The translations under genes were made by a program, and so were the position numbers. Positions 9,995 to 20,791 of a stretch of 64,000 nt of DNA are shown one piece after another (position 1 is the first letter of the stretch; each line of letters starts with the position of its first letter). This DNA is from Rhynchopus sp. YZ270_cl-10 (Eukaryota): assembly GCA_964035575.1 (NCBI GenBank), contig OZ037843.1, forward strand, positions 372,001 to 436,000, in the 5' to 3' direction. The notes below the pieces were generated by a model. The model was not told the DNA's origin, did no database searches, and saw nothing but the letters and a program-made list of their open reading frames with translations.

Positions 9995-12257
9995 AAAAAG
10001 TGGCTTATTTGCATTTTTGGGCTCCGCCCGTGCAGCGGTGGGGTCATTTCGGAAAATTGGACAATTTTTTGACCACTTAAATTTTGAGAAATATGAGCCC
10101 GGTTCCTTATACGTGGGCCCATTTTTGGCCAAAATTTTTCTCAAAATCGACGAAATTAAAATTAGACCCCTTACCCCCCCCCAGAATCATTTCAATACAG
10201 GTACACTACCTGTATTGGTTGCTGACGCGTGTATACAGGAAGGTTGGGAAAAAGTGGCTTATTTGCATTTTTGGGCTCCGCCCGTGCAGCGGTGGGGTCA
10301 TTTCGGAAAATTGGACAATTTTTTGACCACTTAAATTTTGAGAAATATGAGCCCGGTTCCTTATACGTGGGCCCATTTTTGGCCAAAATTTTTCTCAAAA
10401 TCGACGAAATTAAAATTAGACCCCTTACCCCCCCCCCAGAATCATTTCAATACACTACCTGTATTGGTTGCTGACGCGTGTATACAGGAAGGTTGGGAAA
10501 AAGTGGCTTATTTGCATTTTTGGGCTCCGCCCGTGCAGCGGTGGGGTCATTTCGGAAAATTGGACAATTTTTTGACCACTTAAATTTTGAGAAATATGAG
10601 CCCGGTTCCTTATACGTGGGCCCATTTTTGGCCAAAATTTTTCTCAAAATCGACGAAATTAAAATTAGACCCCTTACCCCCCCCCCAGAATCATTTCAAT
10701 ACACTACCTGTATTGGTTGCTGACGCGTGTATACAGGAAGGTTGGGAAAAAGTGGCTTATTTGCATTTTTGGGCTCCGCCCGTGCAGCGGTGGGGTCATT
10801 TCGGAAAATTGGACAATTTTTTGACCACTTAAATTTTGAGAAATATGAGCCCGGTTCCTTATACGTGGGCCCATTTTTGGCCAAAATTTTTCTCAAAATC
10901 GACGAAATTAAAATTAGACCCCTTACCCCCCCCCCCAGAATCATTTCAATACACTACCTGTATTGGTTGCTGACGCGTGTATACAGGAAGGTTGGGAAAA
11001 AGTGGCTTATTTGCATTTTTGGGCTCCGCCCGTGCAGCGGTGGGGTCATTTCGGAAAATTGGACAATTTTTTGACCACTTAAATTTTGAGAAATATGAGC
11101 CCGGTTCCTTATACGTGGGCCCATTTTTGGCCAAAATTTTTCTCAAAATCGACGAAATTAAAATTAGACCCCTTACCCCCCCCCAGAATCATTTCAATAC
11201 AGGTACACTACCTGTATTGGTTGCTGACGCGTGTATACAGGAAGGTTGGGAAAAAGTGGCTTATTTGCATTTTTGGGCTCCGCCCGTGCAGCGGTGGGGT
11301 CATTTCGGAAAATTGGACAATTTTTTGACCACTTAAATTTTGAGAAATATGAGCCCGGTTCCTTATACGTGGGCCCATTTTTGGCCAAAATTTTTCTCAA
11401 AATCGACGAAATTAAAATTAGACCCCTTACCCCCCCCCCAGAATCATTTCAATACACTACCTGTATTGGTTGCTGACGCGTGTATACAGGAAGGTTGGGA
11501 AAAAGTGGCTTATTTGCATTTTTGGGCTCCGCCCGTGCAGCGGTGGGGTCATTTCGGAAAATTGGACAATTTTTTGACCACTTAAATTTTGAGAAATATG
11601 AGCCCGGTTCCTTATACGTGGGCCCATTTTTGGCCAAAATTTTTCTCAAAATCGACGAAATTAAAATTAGACCCCTTACCCCCCCCCCAGAATCATTTCA
11701 ATACACTACCTGTATTGGTTGCTGACGCGTGTATACAGGAAGGTTGGGAAAAAGTGGCTTATTTGCATTTTTGGGCTCCGCCCGTGCAGCGGTGGGGTCA
11801 TTTCGGAAAATTGGACAATTTTTTGACCACTTAAATTTTGAGAAATATGAGCCCGGTTCCTTATACGTGGGGCCCATTTTTGGCCAAAATTTTTCTCAAA
11901 ATCGACGAAATTAAAATTAGACCCCTTACCCCCCCCCCCAGAATCATTTCAATACACTACCTGTATTGGTTGCTGACGCGTGTATACAGGAAGGTTGGGA
12001 AAAAGTGGCTTATTTGCATTTTTGGGCTCCGCCCGTGCAGCGGTGGGGTCATTTCGGAAAATTGGACAATTTTTTGACCACTTAAATTTTGAGAAATATG
12101 AGCCCGGTTCCTTATACGTGGGGCCCATTTTTGGCCAAAATTTTTCTCAAAATCGACGAAATTAAAATTAGACCCCTTACCCCCCCCCCCCCCAGAATCA
12201 TTTCAATACACTACCTGTATTGGTTGCTGACGCGTGTATACAGGAAGGTTGGGAAAA
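9995..12257. repeat. Tandem satellite, ~9 units of ~249-255 bp
   Basis: aaaagtggcttatttgc...ggttggg recurs at about 9995, 10250, 10499, 10748, 10998, 11252, 11501, 11750 and 12001. Units are near-identical apart from homopolymer lengths and one small insertion. Confidence 0.97.
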
Positions 12258-12451
12258 GGGGAAAATAAAGAGGGAAAAAAAAACCAAACAAAAAACAAAT
12301 AGCATTATTCTTTCCCCCCCACTACTGTACAAGAAAAAATTGGAAGAACGAGGCATTTTTTTTGACGTTCTTTTCTTTTTAATTACTGACGTCTTCACGT
12401 GACACATGCAATGTGAACCTTATGTTCTGAACTGTCCAAAAGTCACACTTA

Positions 12452-12692
12452 GGGGGGGGTACCAGACTGTCCTTACCCCTTCTCTTAAATGCCATGTTTT
12501 TGGTAAATATTTTGCGGTACGTTTTGTTTGTTTTTCACGGTGGCAGCTTGTCAGCAGCCTGAGCAGGGTTTCTGTCAAATACCATTATCATACGAGATGA
12601 AAAATAGATGACACATGACAGCCAAATACATACATGGGGTTATTCTAATTGACTACGTCACACAACATCGGTAGGGGGTAAAAAACCCCTCC
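12452..12692. mobile_element. Possible PIF/Harbinger (Tourist-like) MITE
   Basis: TTA|GGGGGGGGT ... ACCCCTCC|TTA. The TIR is short and imperfect. Confidence 0.4.
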
Positions 12693-13388
12693 TTAGAGTT
12701 TTGAAATACAAAAAAAAAAAGCACTCATGTTTTTTTTTTCCCGGTGTTAGTTGTATGACTGTATTTTGTGTGCCAATAACGTAACCCACACCCGTATACT
12801 GTGCCCGTACCAGATATCACTCAAAAACACGGTTCGTGTGTAGTAAAAGAAGTTCATGCTTCCAAAAAGAAAAAAGAAAATTTGTCAGATGCATGTACCT
12901 CTCGTGCACACACATAAAAAAGTTTGACTTGAAATACAAAAATCCCTCTCGTAAACAGTGCACCTACCGGTGTACCTCCCCCAACCATGCAGTTTCAGTT
13001 TATCTATTTCGTGGTGTACATCTTACAATAGTAAAAAAAAGAGAAAAAGACGGCCCTCATTCATTCACCTATCATATCGAAGTGCGTCAGGTGTACAGCC
13101 CGCATCTGTTGCGGCACCCCCTCAAATTACCTTTTTTTTCGCTTTTACAAAAATCCTAACTGTGAGTTATTCAAGTAATCTACAAAAAAAAAAAAAATAT
13201 GTGTAGCAACGGCGAAAAACTGAAAACCGAGGGAGAGAAGGGAGGAATGAAAAATAATTTCTGCCTGAACGGGGGGGAATAGAACAAGGCAATAGCTTGG
13301 TACTCGGAATTATGTCCGCACGGTGGACTCCTTCTGGCAAAGGGCAATAAGAGGTCGGACAGGAGGGAGTACGAACTCCCCCTAGCGG

Positions 13389-13515
13389 TAGTGATCGGCA
13401 ATACGTATTGCTACGTATAATACGTAAATACGTATTAATACGTAGTGCTACGTCACGTATTAATACGTATTAATACGTATTTTTAATACGTATTTATACG
13501 TATTGCCGATCACTG
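13389..13515. mobile_element. MITE with 9-bp TSD, inserted at the apex of a larger hairpin
   Basis: TIR TAGTGATCGGCAATACGTAT / ATACGTATTGCCGATCACTG. CCCTAGCGG on both sides. Interior built of TACGTA repeats. Confidence 0.8.
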
Positions 13516-14255
13516 CCCTAGCGGGAGGTGTTACTCCCCCCTTTTTCGGAACTCCGGAATTAAGTTGCCCTTTCCCAGAAGAAGTCAGTGGAAAGACATA
13601 ATTCTGTTGTTTTTTAGGGAAGTTGAATAGTGCAAAACGCCTCCAGGATACAGAGGAAGCGTTGCACAATTGGGGAAAAGAAGGAGAGAGAAAAACGTTT
13701 TGTAAGAGAATAAGAAACCGAAAATTTGGTTGTATTAGTGTTGACACCCGAGGATGGGCACTACTTTTTTTCTTCCAATTTAATGTACAAAAATGATTAA
13801 AATATTATTTTCAATCGAAAGATGGAGTTTTGTCCACCGTACAAAACAAAAAGGAAAATTATTGAAAACAACACTTCAAAAAAAAAGGGAGGGAGGGAAA
13901 CGCGTGTAGTTGAGTGAAGCACATCCTCGGGTGTCTACACTAATACAACTAAGTATTCAAAAGAGAAAAAAAAGGGGTTTTGAAAACCCCAAAAGTTGGC
14001 CCAATGGCAGCTCCAGAGGCACGCCATGCAACCCTTTTTAGGACATTGACTGTGGACCGCCACGTGGACGCCTTTTTGTGCCAAAACAGAAAAGAGAACA
14101 GTTCATAAGATGACCCTAAGCCTCTCTCGTACCTTAGCCACCTTACATAAAATGCTACGGTGTCAATAGCTATCTTCACCCCACACAGGAAAACGGGAAA
14201 CAAAACAGGGGAGAGCGTTTGTTAGGTGCGGGCTTTCCACGTGGAACGCCTTTTA

Positions 14256-14362
14256 CCACCTGATTTGTACCCCGCGGAGAGGCGCGTAAAAGCGCGTAAA
14301 GGCGTGTACGGACGGTCCGTATATGACTGTACGGTCCTATACGCGGGGTACAAATCAGGTGG
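14256..14362. mobile_element. 107-bp MITE
   Basis: Perfect TIR CCACCTGATTTGTACCCCGCG / CGCGGGGTACAAATCAGGTGG. TTTTA on both sides. Empty-site-like paralogue at ~14060-14095. Confidence 0.8.
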
Positions 14363-14721
14363 TTTTATGCCAAAAACATAAAAGAAGAAAGTTGAGTCGG
14401 CAAAGGTACACACGGTTGCCAGGTCCAGGTTGGGTGAGCACAACCTGGTCTCCCACTCATCCAAATTGCCTCTCACCCACCTTAACCTTACAACCATGTT
14501 AACCGCCTTGGTATATCCCCTAAAAAAGCATGCACGTGAAAGTACTTCAGCAGTTCTACTTGGGTGTTTTTTTGCGATTTGCTTCTTCCGTTATCGGAAA
14601 TACTGCCGATAAAATGTATTTTGGGAAAACCTCCTCGCAACGTCGAGGGAACTATCTGGAAACACCTTTTTCACAGCAGGACATAAGGAATGTTTTTTTT
14701 TAAAAGTTTCTTTTCTTTTTA

Positions 14722-15731
14722 TACCACGCGTGAAAAACGTTTTATGGTCGTAACTGGCCTAAAAAGTGAGTGAAATAAGATTCGTTTTATTTCACGCAAA
14801 TTGCACTAGGGTAACCCAGAGAGTGAAATAAAATATCACGGAGTGAAAAAAAAAAAATTGCCTGCAAAATGCCTTTGCAAATAATAACTATTTATTCACC
14901 TCCTTTTAGCGGGGTTTTATTTTGCGATAACTTCACGCATTTTTTTCCCAGGCGAGGGCTACTTAATTTGCCGAGCGAAGCGAGGCAAATTGAGTGCACG
15001 AGCCTGGGAAAAAAATAAGTGAAGTATCGCAAAATAATCCGCTAAAAGGAGGTGAATACGTAATTTTATTTCACGGGAAATAAAGTATACGAAAGGATTT
15101 GGCACTTTTAGCGGGACTTATTTATTGTGCAATAACTAACGAGTATGTGTCCTCACAGGAAGCTCTCAGGGAAAAAAAAAAAAAAAAAGAGCGTGAAAAA
15201 AAAAAAAAAAAGCTCTCATTACCCTCCCGCCAGCGCTACCGGGTCCCGCGGACCCCTAGATAGGCCCGCTGAGGGGCTGGCGGGATTGAGGAGGCTGGAG
15301 GGAGGCTAAAAAAGGCTGGACGGTCCCTCCAGCCCTACTACCTACATGTACCAAAATTTAGCGTGAAATTATCATTAAATAAAATCCCGCTAAAAGTGCC
15401 AAATCCTTCGTATACTTTATTTCCCAGGGGAATAAAATATTTTTTTTTTTCACGCTGTTTTTGTTCGTAATTTTACCCCAAAAAGCGTGAAAGTGAAAAG
15501 TGGGTGCTAGGCTCAACGTTTAGGCCAGTTACGACCATAAATACGTTTTTCACTTGTGGAATAAAATTACATATTGAGTGAAATAAGAACATTTTCTTGC
15601 ACTTGCCACTAAAAAGGCACCCTCGTGACTCTTATTCCCCTCGCTTCGCTCGGGAAATAACGCACTCGGGCACCTTTTTAGTGGCGCGTGAAATAAAATA
15701 GTTCTTATTTCACTCGAATAAATAGTTATTT
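14722..15731 (-). mobile_element. Hairpin-terminated, Crypton-like non-autonomous element (outer host of 14883-15437)
   Basis: Long imperfect hairpin 15575-15716 with GCTTCGC apex. Inverted pair 14724-14763 / 15518-15559. Terminus aataaatagttatt mirrors that of the inner element. Confidence 0.5.
14883..15437 (+). mobile_element. Hairpin-terminated, Crypton-like non-autonomous element, copy 1
   Basis: ~165-bp hairpin 14893-15058 with GCGAAGC apex, plus inverted pair 15075-15120 / 15383-15425. Near-identical copy at 46563-47118. No terminal TIR or clear TSD. Confidence 0.65.
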
Positions 15732-16636
15732 TTTTGTTTTATTGTGTTTGGCAAATCGTCTAACACCACCAGAGTGGAAGTCTCGGGTCTGTACTCAATG
15801 TTGGCCGAAGCCCTGTCCTTCAGAAGGTCAAACACTAATATCAAGACCCTTATGGCATCCCTTCCAGGATAGGTATCACGCGATTGTTTGTTTTTTTTGG
15901 GGGGAAACATGACAATGTGTACTCTAAAAATGTGTATTGTATGCGACAATCTGTATGCGTATGTGGATTATTAATCCGGATTTGTCAAATGTAATCCACA
16001 TTTTTTTTTTAGAGTCCATATTTTGTCGTTTTCCCCCTTGCTTTTTTTCTTTCTTTGCTGGATGAATTGTGCTAAGACAGGTGGCACGTTGCTTTGCACA
16101 CACACCTAACAAAACATACGTTGGGTAAAATAAATGCCGCAAAAATATATTTATTTCAGATTTCAAAAAATTGGGGATGTAATAAAAACTGAGAGGGGTT
16201 TCTTGGTGCGGTCCCATTTTTTTATGTCCGTCCACAAAAAAAAAATTATACGGTACAAAACAAAATGCTTTGTCCACCTATCAAGAACAGTACCGCGACA
16301 ATACGAACATACACACACACACACTAAGGGGACATATTTCTGTGCAAACACACACCCTAAATTTGGGGCCATATTCTGCGTCAGAAATTCTCCTAAATAG
16401 TTATCAAAACACACACACACACACACACACACACCCTAAAGCACACAGGACGAGATTGGTGCAACAACACATTTCACAAAATACCCAACGGGTTTTGCTC
16501 ATAACTGATTTATTTTTCAAACACACAACACGATCATAACACACAAAGAGCCAAAAAAAAAAAGTTAGAAACACACACACATGCGAGAAAATGCCACATA
16601 TTAATTTCCATTTCGTTTTGCTTCGTCAACACCTCA

Positions 16637-19006
16637 TCACTTCGCCCAGAGACCCTCCTCCATGATGCTGATCAACCCTGTCAAGGCACCCCAATGGTAG
16701 AACGTTGTCCCTGTGCAGTCGGTTGTGTTTTTGTGTGGTCCGAAGTTCTCGCAGATGTGACGGTGTTCGTTCCATTGGGAGAGGAGCAGAGCTTTCATCT
16801 GCTTGCACATAGCTTTGCGTCCTTTGGTGACTGTGGGAGTGTCGTATTGCTGAAGAGCCCAGAACGTCAGCTGCGCCATGGGTCCCCAGATGTACCCTCT
16901 CCAGTATCCCAGCGGGGGGAAGGCGACGTCGGAACGCTGAATCGAGGGGAGCCCCCAATAGCAGTCGTCATGGTTGCCTGCCATGTCGCCGGTGGGGGAG
17001 ATGCAGAAGTGTTCTGGGGAGAGAAGCCATTCGGAGACCATTGTGTCCGCTTGGGTGTCGGTTGCTGCTTTGACCTGGAGGGGGTAGAATGAGGTGGGTG
17101 AGATGCGCTCGTAGAAGGTGTTGTTTGGGAATTTGTTGACGAAGATGCCGAGGTCGTCATGCCAGAGGTGTGTGGCAAGGAGGTTCGTGAAGGATGCGGA
17201 GCGGGCGCGGAGCATGGGTGCTTCGGGGCGTCCGAGGATGTCTGCCAGGTCCGCCAGAGCGGCAGCCTCCTGCGCTACCATCGAGGTCATGCCTACGTCG
17301 TACAGCTGCATCTTGTGGGTCGTGGTGTTGAAGAACTCCCCGTCGTACATCGGTGAGTTGTCTAGGCCCGACTCAAATCGTGCACCCTGCATGTTGTTCA
17401 CCTGGGTGCCATGTGGTGGGGTTTGAAGCGCGACCAATTCGTTCCAGGACCCAAGGCAGACCATGTTCAGAGGTTCCAAAAGGCGTTCCCGAAGAAACCA
17501 GTTGGACCAGTCAAGGAGGTCGTCGAAGACGACTTCGAGAAACCAGGTTTCGGGGAAGCGTGCGTACAGCTCTTTTGCGACCTTAGCGCCGATTGGAGGC
17601 TCTGTGCGGTCCTGTGACTTCTGGCCTGCTGCGGAGAAGTTTGGGATGAAGCCGGCGCTGGTCTTTGATTTCATGACCTGGATGAAGTTGCTGAGGGCGT
17701 ACTCGCGGGTGGTGACGCCTGCGAGCATGGCGGCAAAGAGGTTGTCCCAGTCAAAGGTGGCGTAGTTGAAGTCAGTCGTCACCGCGTAATGGTTGAAGTT
17801 CCACACCCGAGACACCGGAAGCATCGGGCCGTTCTCGAATGGTGTGTAGATAAGGTTCCACATCGCAGCGGCCTCCACTGCCACGGCGACTTCGGTCAAA
17901 TCTGCCGCACCGTATACGGCCTCCAACTTCGAGCGATGCGCGGCGCCTGCACCGCTCAGCATCCGTGCTACGCCCGCCACGGACACACCTGGCACCGTCG
18001 AGACGGCAACAGGGCCGTTGTCCAATGAGATGTCAAGGGAGTTGCCGGTCACGACCCCAGCAGAGGTGTACACAACAATGGGTGTCAGCCCTGCACCCTG
18101 CAGGGTAATGTTCGTGCTCGTCGTCTTCGTCGTGCCCTCACGGAACCATGCAAACCTCGGTGCAAGGCGGAGGATGTGCCCAGACCCTGTAGTGTTTGCT
18201 TGCGGGGTGACCAGAAGCGTGAGGTCCCCAGCTGCTGAGGAGCTGAACTCAATCGAGACGTTCACCGCAAGCCCGTTGGAGTGGCTTCCCACAAAGAACT
18301 GCCCATACGAAAGGTCCCCAGCGCGCGCCCCGACACGCACCTCGCAGTCGCCTGCCCTGCCCGGTTCGATGCGGGTATCGCGAATGCAGACCTCCCCTTT
18401 GCACAACTGTGTTGCAACCACAGCCGAATCAGGCATCTTCACAAAGTCCAAAATGCTGTACTGGTTCCAGTTTGACCACCCCTTCGCCGCACCACGCTGC
18501 AACTCCTCACGCTTCTGTTCCTCATCAGGAAGCACATTACCCAATGAACTGGCGGCAATCGCTTTGGTCGATCCATTTGTCAACCACGACATGCCAAACA
18601 CTGCAGAGTCCCCTGGTGCAGTGGAGTTACGGTAGAAGTGCGCACGGAAGGGGAGAACAAGGCGGGACGACACACGGATTGGGTTGTCGATGTTTCCTGC
18701 GAGAACGTCAGCCTTGGGGTCGGGCATCGACTTTCCATCTGTGCATACCAAATGGCCATCGACCCACACAAAAGCAAGAGAAGTTCCAGCAAAGCTGCAG
18801 GCAAACCCCTGCCACCCTTCTGCCGGCATCGTCAACGTGCCCATCAGCCGCGCACTGCTCACCCCAGACCCAACGTTTACCGAACCAAGATCGGTCACGT
18901 CACGTTGCGCAGAAGTCTCGCCAGACAGTACATTGTTCGCATACTCAGTGTAGCTCAAGGACTCAGAGGCTACACTCGCCACTAAAGCGGCGAACAGTGT
19001 TAGCAT
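16637..19006 (-). CDS. Secreted glycoside hydrolase, GH63/MGH1-like (alpha/alpha)6 barrel, with N-terminal PA14-like region, ~789 aa
   Basis: Signal-peptide-like start MLTLFAALVASVA (ATG 19006). Motifs FDWDNLFA, DRTEPPIGA, ESGLDNSPMYD, YWRGYIWGP, ICENF, FYHWGAL. AFVWVDGHLV resembles PA14. Confidence 0.8.
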   Translation of the reverse strand: MLTLFAALVASVASESLSYTEYANNVLSGETSAQRDVTDLGSVNVGSGVSSARLMGTLTMPAEGWQGFACSFAGTSLAFVWVDGHLVCTDGKSMPDPKADVLAGNIDNPIRVSSRLVLPFRAHFYRNSTAPGDSAVFGMSWLTNGSTKAIAASSLGNVLPDEEQKREELQRGAAKGWSNWNQYSILDFVKMPDSAVVATQLCKGEVCIRDTRIEPGRAGDCEVRVGARAGDLSYGQFFVGSHSNGLAVNVSIEFSSSAAGDLTLLVTPQANTTGSGHILRLAPRFAWFREGTTKTTSTNITLQGAGLTPIVVYTSAGVVTGNSLDISLDNGPVAVSTVPGVSVAGVARMLSGAGAAHRSKLEAVYGAADLTEVAVAVEAAAMWNLIYTPFENGPMLPVSRVWNFNHYAVTTDFNYATFDWDNLFAAMLAGVTTREYALSNFIQVMKSKTSAGFIPNFSAAGQKSQDRTEPPIGAKVAKELYARFPETWFLEVVFDDLLDWSNWFLRERLLEPLNMVCLGSWNELVALQTPPHGTQVNNMQGARFESGLDNSPMYDGEFFNTTTHKMQLYDVGMTSMVAQEAAALADLADILGRPEAPMLRARSASFTNLLATHLWHDDLGIFVNKFPNNTFYERISPTSFYPLQVKAATDTQADTMVSEWLLSPEHFCISPTGDMAGNHDDCYWGLPSIQRSDVAFPPLGYWRGYIWGPMAQLTFWALQQYDTPTVTKGRKAMCKQMKALLLSQWNEHRHICENFGPHKNTTDCTGTTFYHWGALTGLISIMEEGLWAK

Positions 19007-19995
19007 AGGAAGAGAAAAGGGATGAAAAGGGATGAAGGGGGTGTGGAAGTCTGTGGTGACGGGGGGTTTTTTTTGTGGATAGCAAGAGATGTGGTGTAGA
19101 TGCGGATGAGGTGTGTGTGTGTCAGAGTCTTGAAAGAAACTGCTCCACATTTTTGAAAAATTGTTTGGAATAGTGTAGTTGCCACAGTTTGTGCAATCTC
19201 CACTGTGTTTTTGTTAGATTTTCTACTCGGTCAGTTTTCGACTCGGTGAAATCAGAGGATGGCGGCCACGATTTTACTTCGATCCAAAAAAAAAATTTGG
19301 CTGATTATAGACTATCACCTAGATAGGCAGCCACGGTTTTTCAAAGGCAAAAAAAAGGGGAGGGGGTTTACTTAAGTATTTGTTACTTTATGGAAGCGAC
19401 AGCGAGACTGGGGAGAGATGGAGTGGAGCTTTTGGGGTACACATCATTAAAAAGCCCAGCTGTCAGGAACAGAAGAAGAAGGAAAAAAGTCATTTTAAAA
19501 AAAACTTTATTTGCTTTCTGTCTCTGTTTACACACGCACTCTTTGAACGTTCACAACGTACTTTAGTGGAGAAACAAAGTACAAAAGAGAAATTGACTTT
19601 AGATAAAGTGGAGATGGGACAAACTTGTCAGATGATTGTGCCTCACATGTGCACACATCTTTACAAAAACGTAATAAAACAACCCTCATACACGTATAAA
19701 GGGCCAGGAGAGCTAGGGAATGCTTGGACTTTTTTTTGTTGTATCGACAATCACGTTATACCTACTGGTATAACGATTTGTACTCAATGTCGGCCGAATG
19801 TCGGCCTTTGTAATACAGAAGGTATAGACGCAGATTTTCTTTTTTTGAAAACTTGGTTGTATTAGTGTAGCCACCCTAGAGTGTGCTCCACTATTTTTTT
19901 TTTTTTTTTTTTTGAGTCGTAGATAGCAGACCTGCAACTGCCTTTATTTATTTATTTATTTATTTTTTTTTTTTTTTTGAAAAGAAGGGTTTAAT

Positions 19996-20558
19996 CAGCC
20001 CCGCCGCCAGGATTTTGGGTTTTGAAAAAGTTCTGTTGATGGTCCAAAATTTTTTTTCGCGCTTCGCGCGAAAACCCCTGCAAAGCTCCTTCTCGTGGCC
20101 TCCGGCGGAGAGACGCATGCTCCCCAAGCCCGGTCAGAGTTCCTCCGAATCACCCTCTCACCATGCTGTACATTGTACTCTTCGGTGGCCGTCCACAAGC
20201 CGTAGTGGGTGTAAGCCTTCTTATAAGTAAGCAGCGGTCATGACACCCAAAGGTTCCTGGCGAAGCCACGGTACGCAACATTTTTAAAAAAAAATGTTCC
20301 CATAAAATGGAACTGCGTTGATGGTAAGAGCTGCTTGCGCCGCAGGCGCACGGTACGCAACTTTTTTTTTCCACCACCCGATTTTGACTTTTTTGGGACG
20401 TTTGAGCACTCACCTCTCCATATCTTCTTCTCCTGAGATTTTTTGACAAGTAGAACGGGTCTGAACCACTCAACAGAACTTTTTTTTTTTTTTTTTTTTT
20501 CGTTTTCAAAAAGTTCTGTTGACCATCAACAGAACTTTGCTAGGTGGCGGCCCCCCTG
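19996..20558. mobile_element. hAT-type MITE, 8-bp TSD
   Basis: GGTTTAAT|CAGCCCCGCCGCCAGG ... GGTGGCGGCCCCCCTG|GGTTTAAT. Interior is homologous (inverted) to 62669-62966. Confidence 0.75.
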
Positions 20559-20791
20559 GGTTTAATGGTACTCCGGGAGGGTTCGATATTGACAGGTCGT
20601 TGACCGATTTCCAAAAGCACCCATTTAATGAAAAGATATTTTTGGTAATATCGGAGGTTTTTCTGAATTGTTGGAGTAGTGTAGTTGCCTCGGTTTGTGT
20701 TGCCACAGCTTGTGCAATCTCCACTTTTTTTGTCGGACCCTCCCTGTAGAAATGGAAACCATAGAAATTCGAGATAATATAAAAAAAAAAA

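Noticed and set aside
9995..12257. CRISPR array, or the repeated 60-119-aa ORFs as genes
   Set aside because: Units are identical along their whole length with no unique spacers, the context is eukaryotic with no cas genes, and the ORFs are by-products of the satellite.
19007..19150. N-terminal extension of the GH63-like ORF in the ORF track
   Set aside because: It starts at a non-ATG codon in pyrimidine-rich leader-like sequence; ATG 19006 gives a signal peptide.
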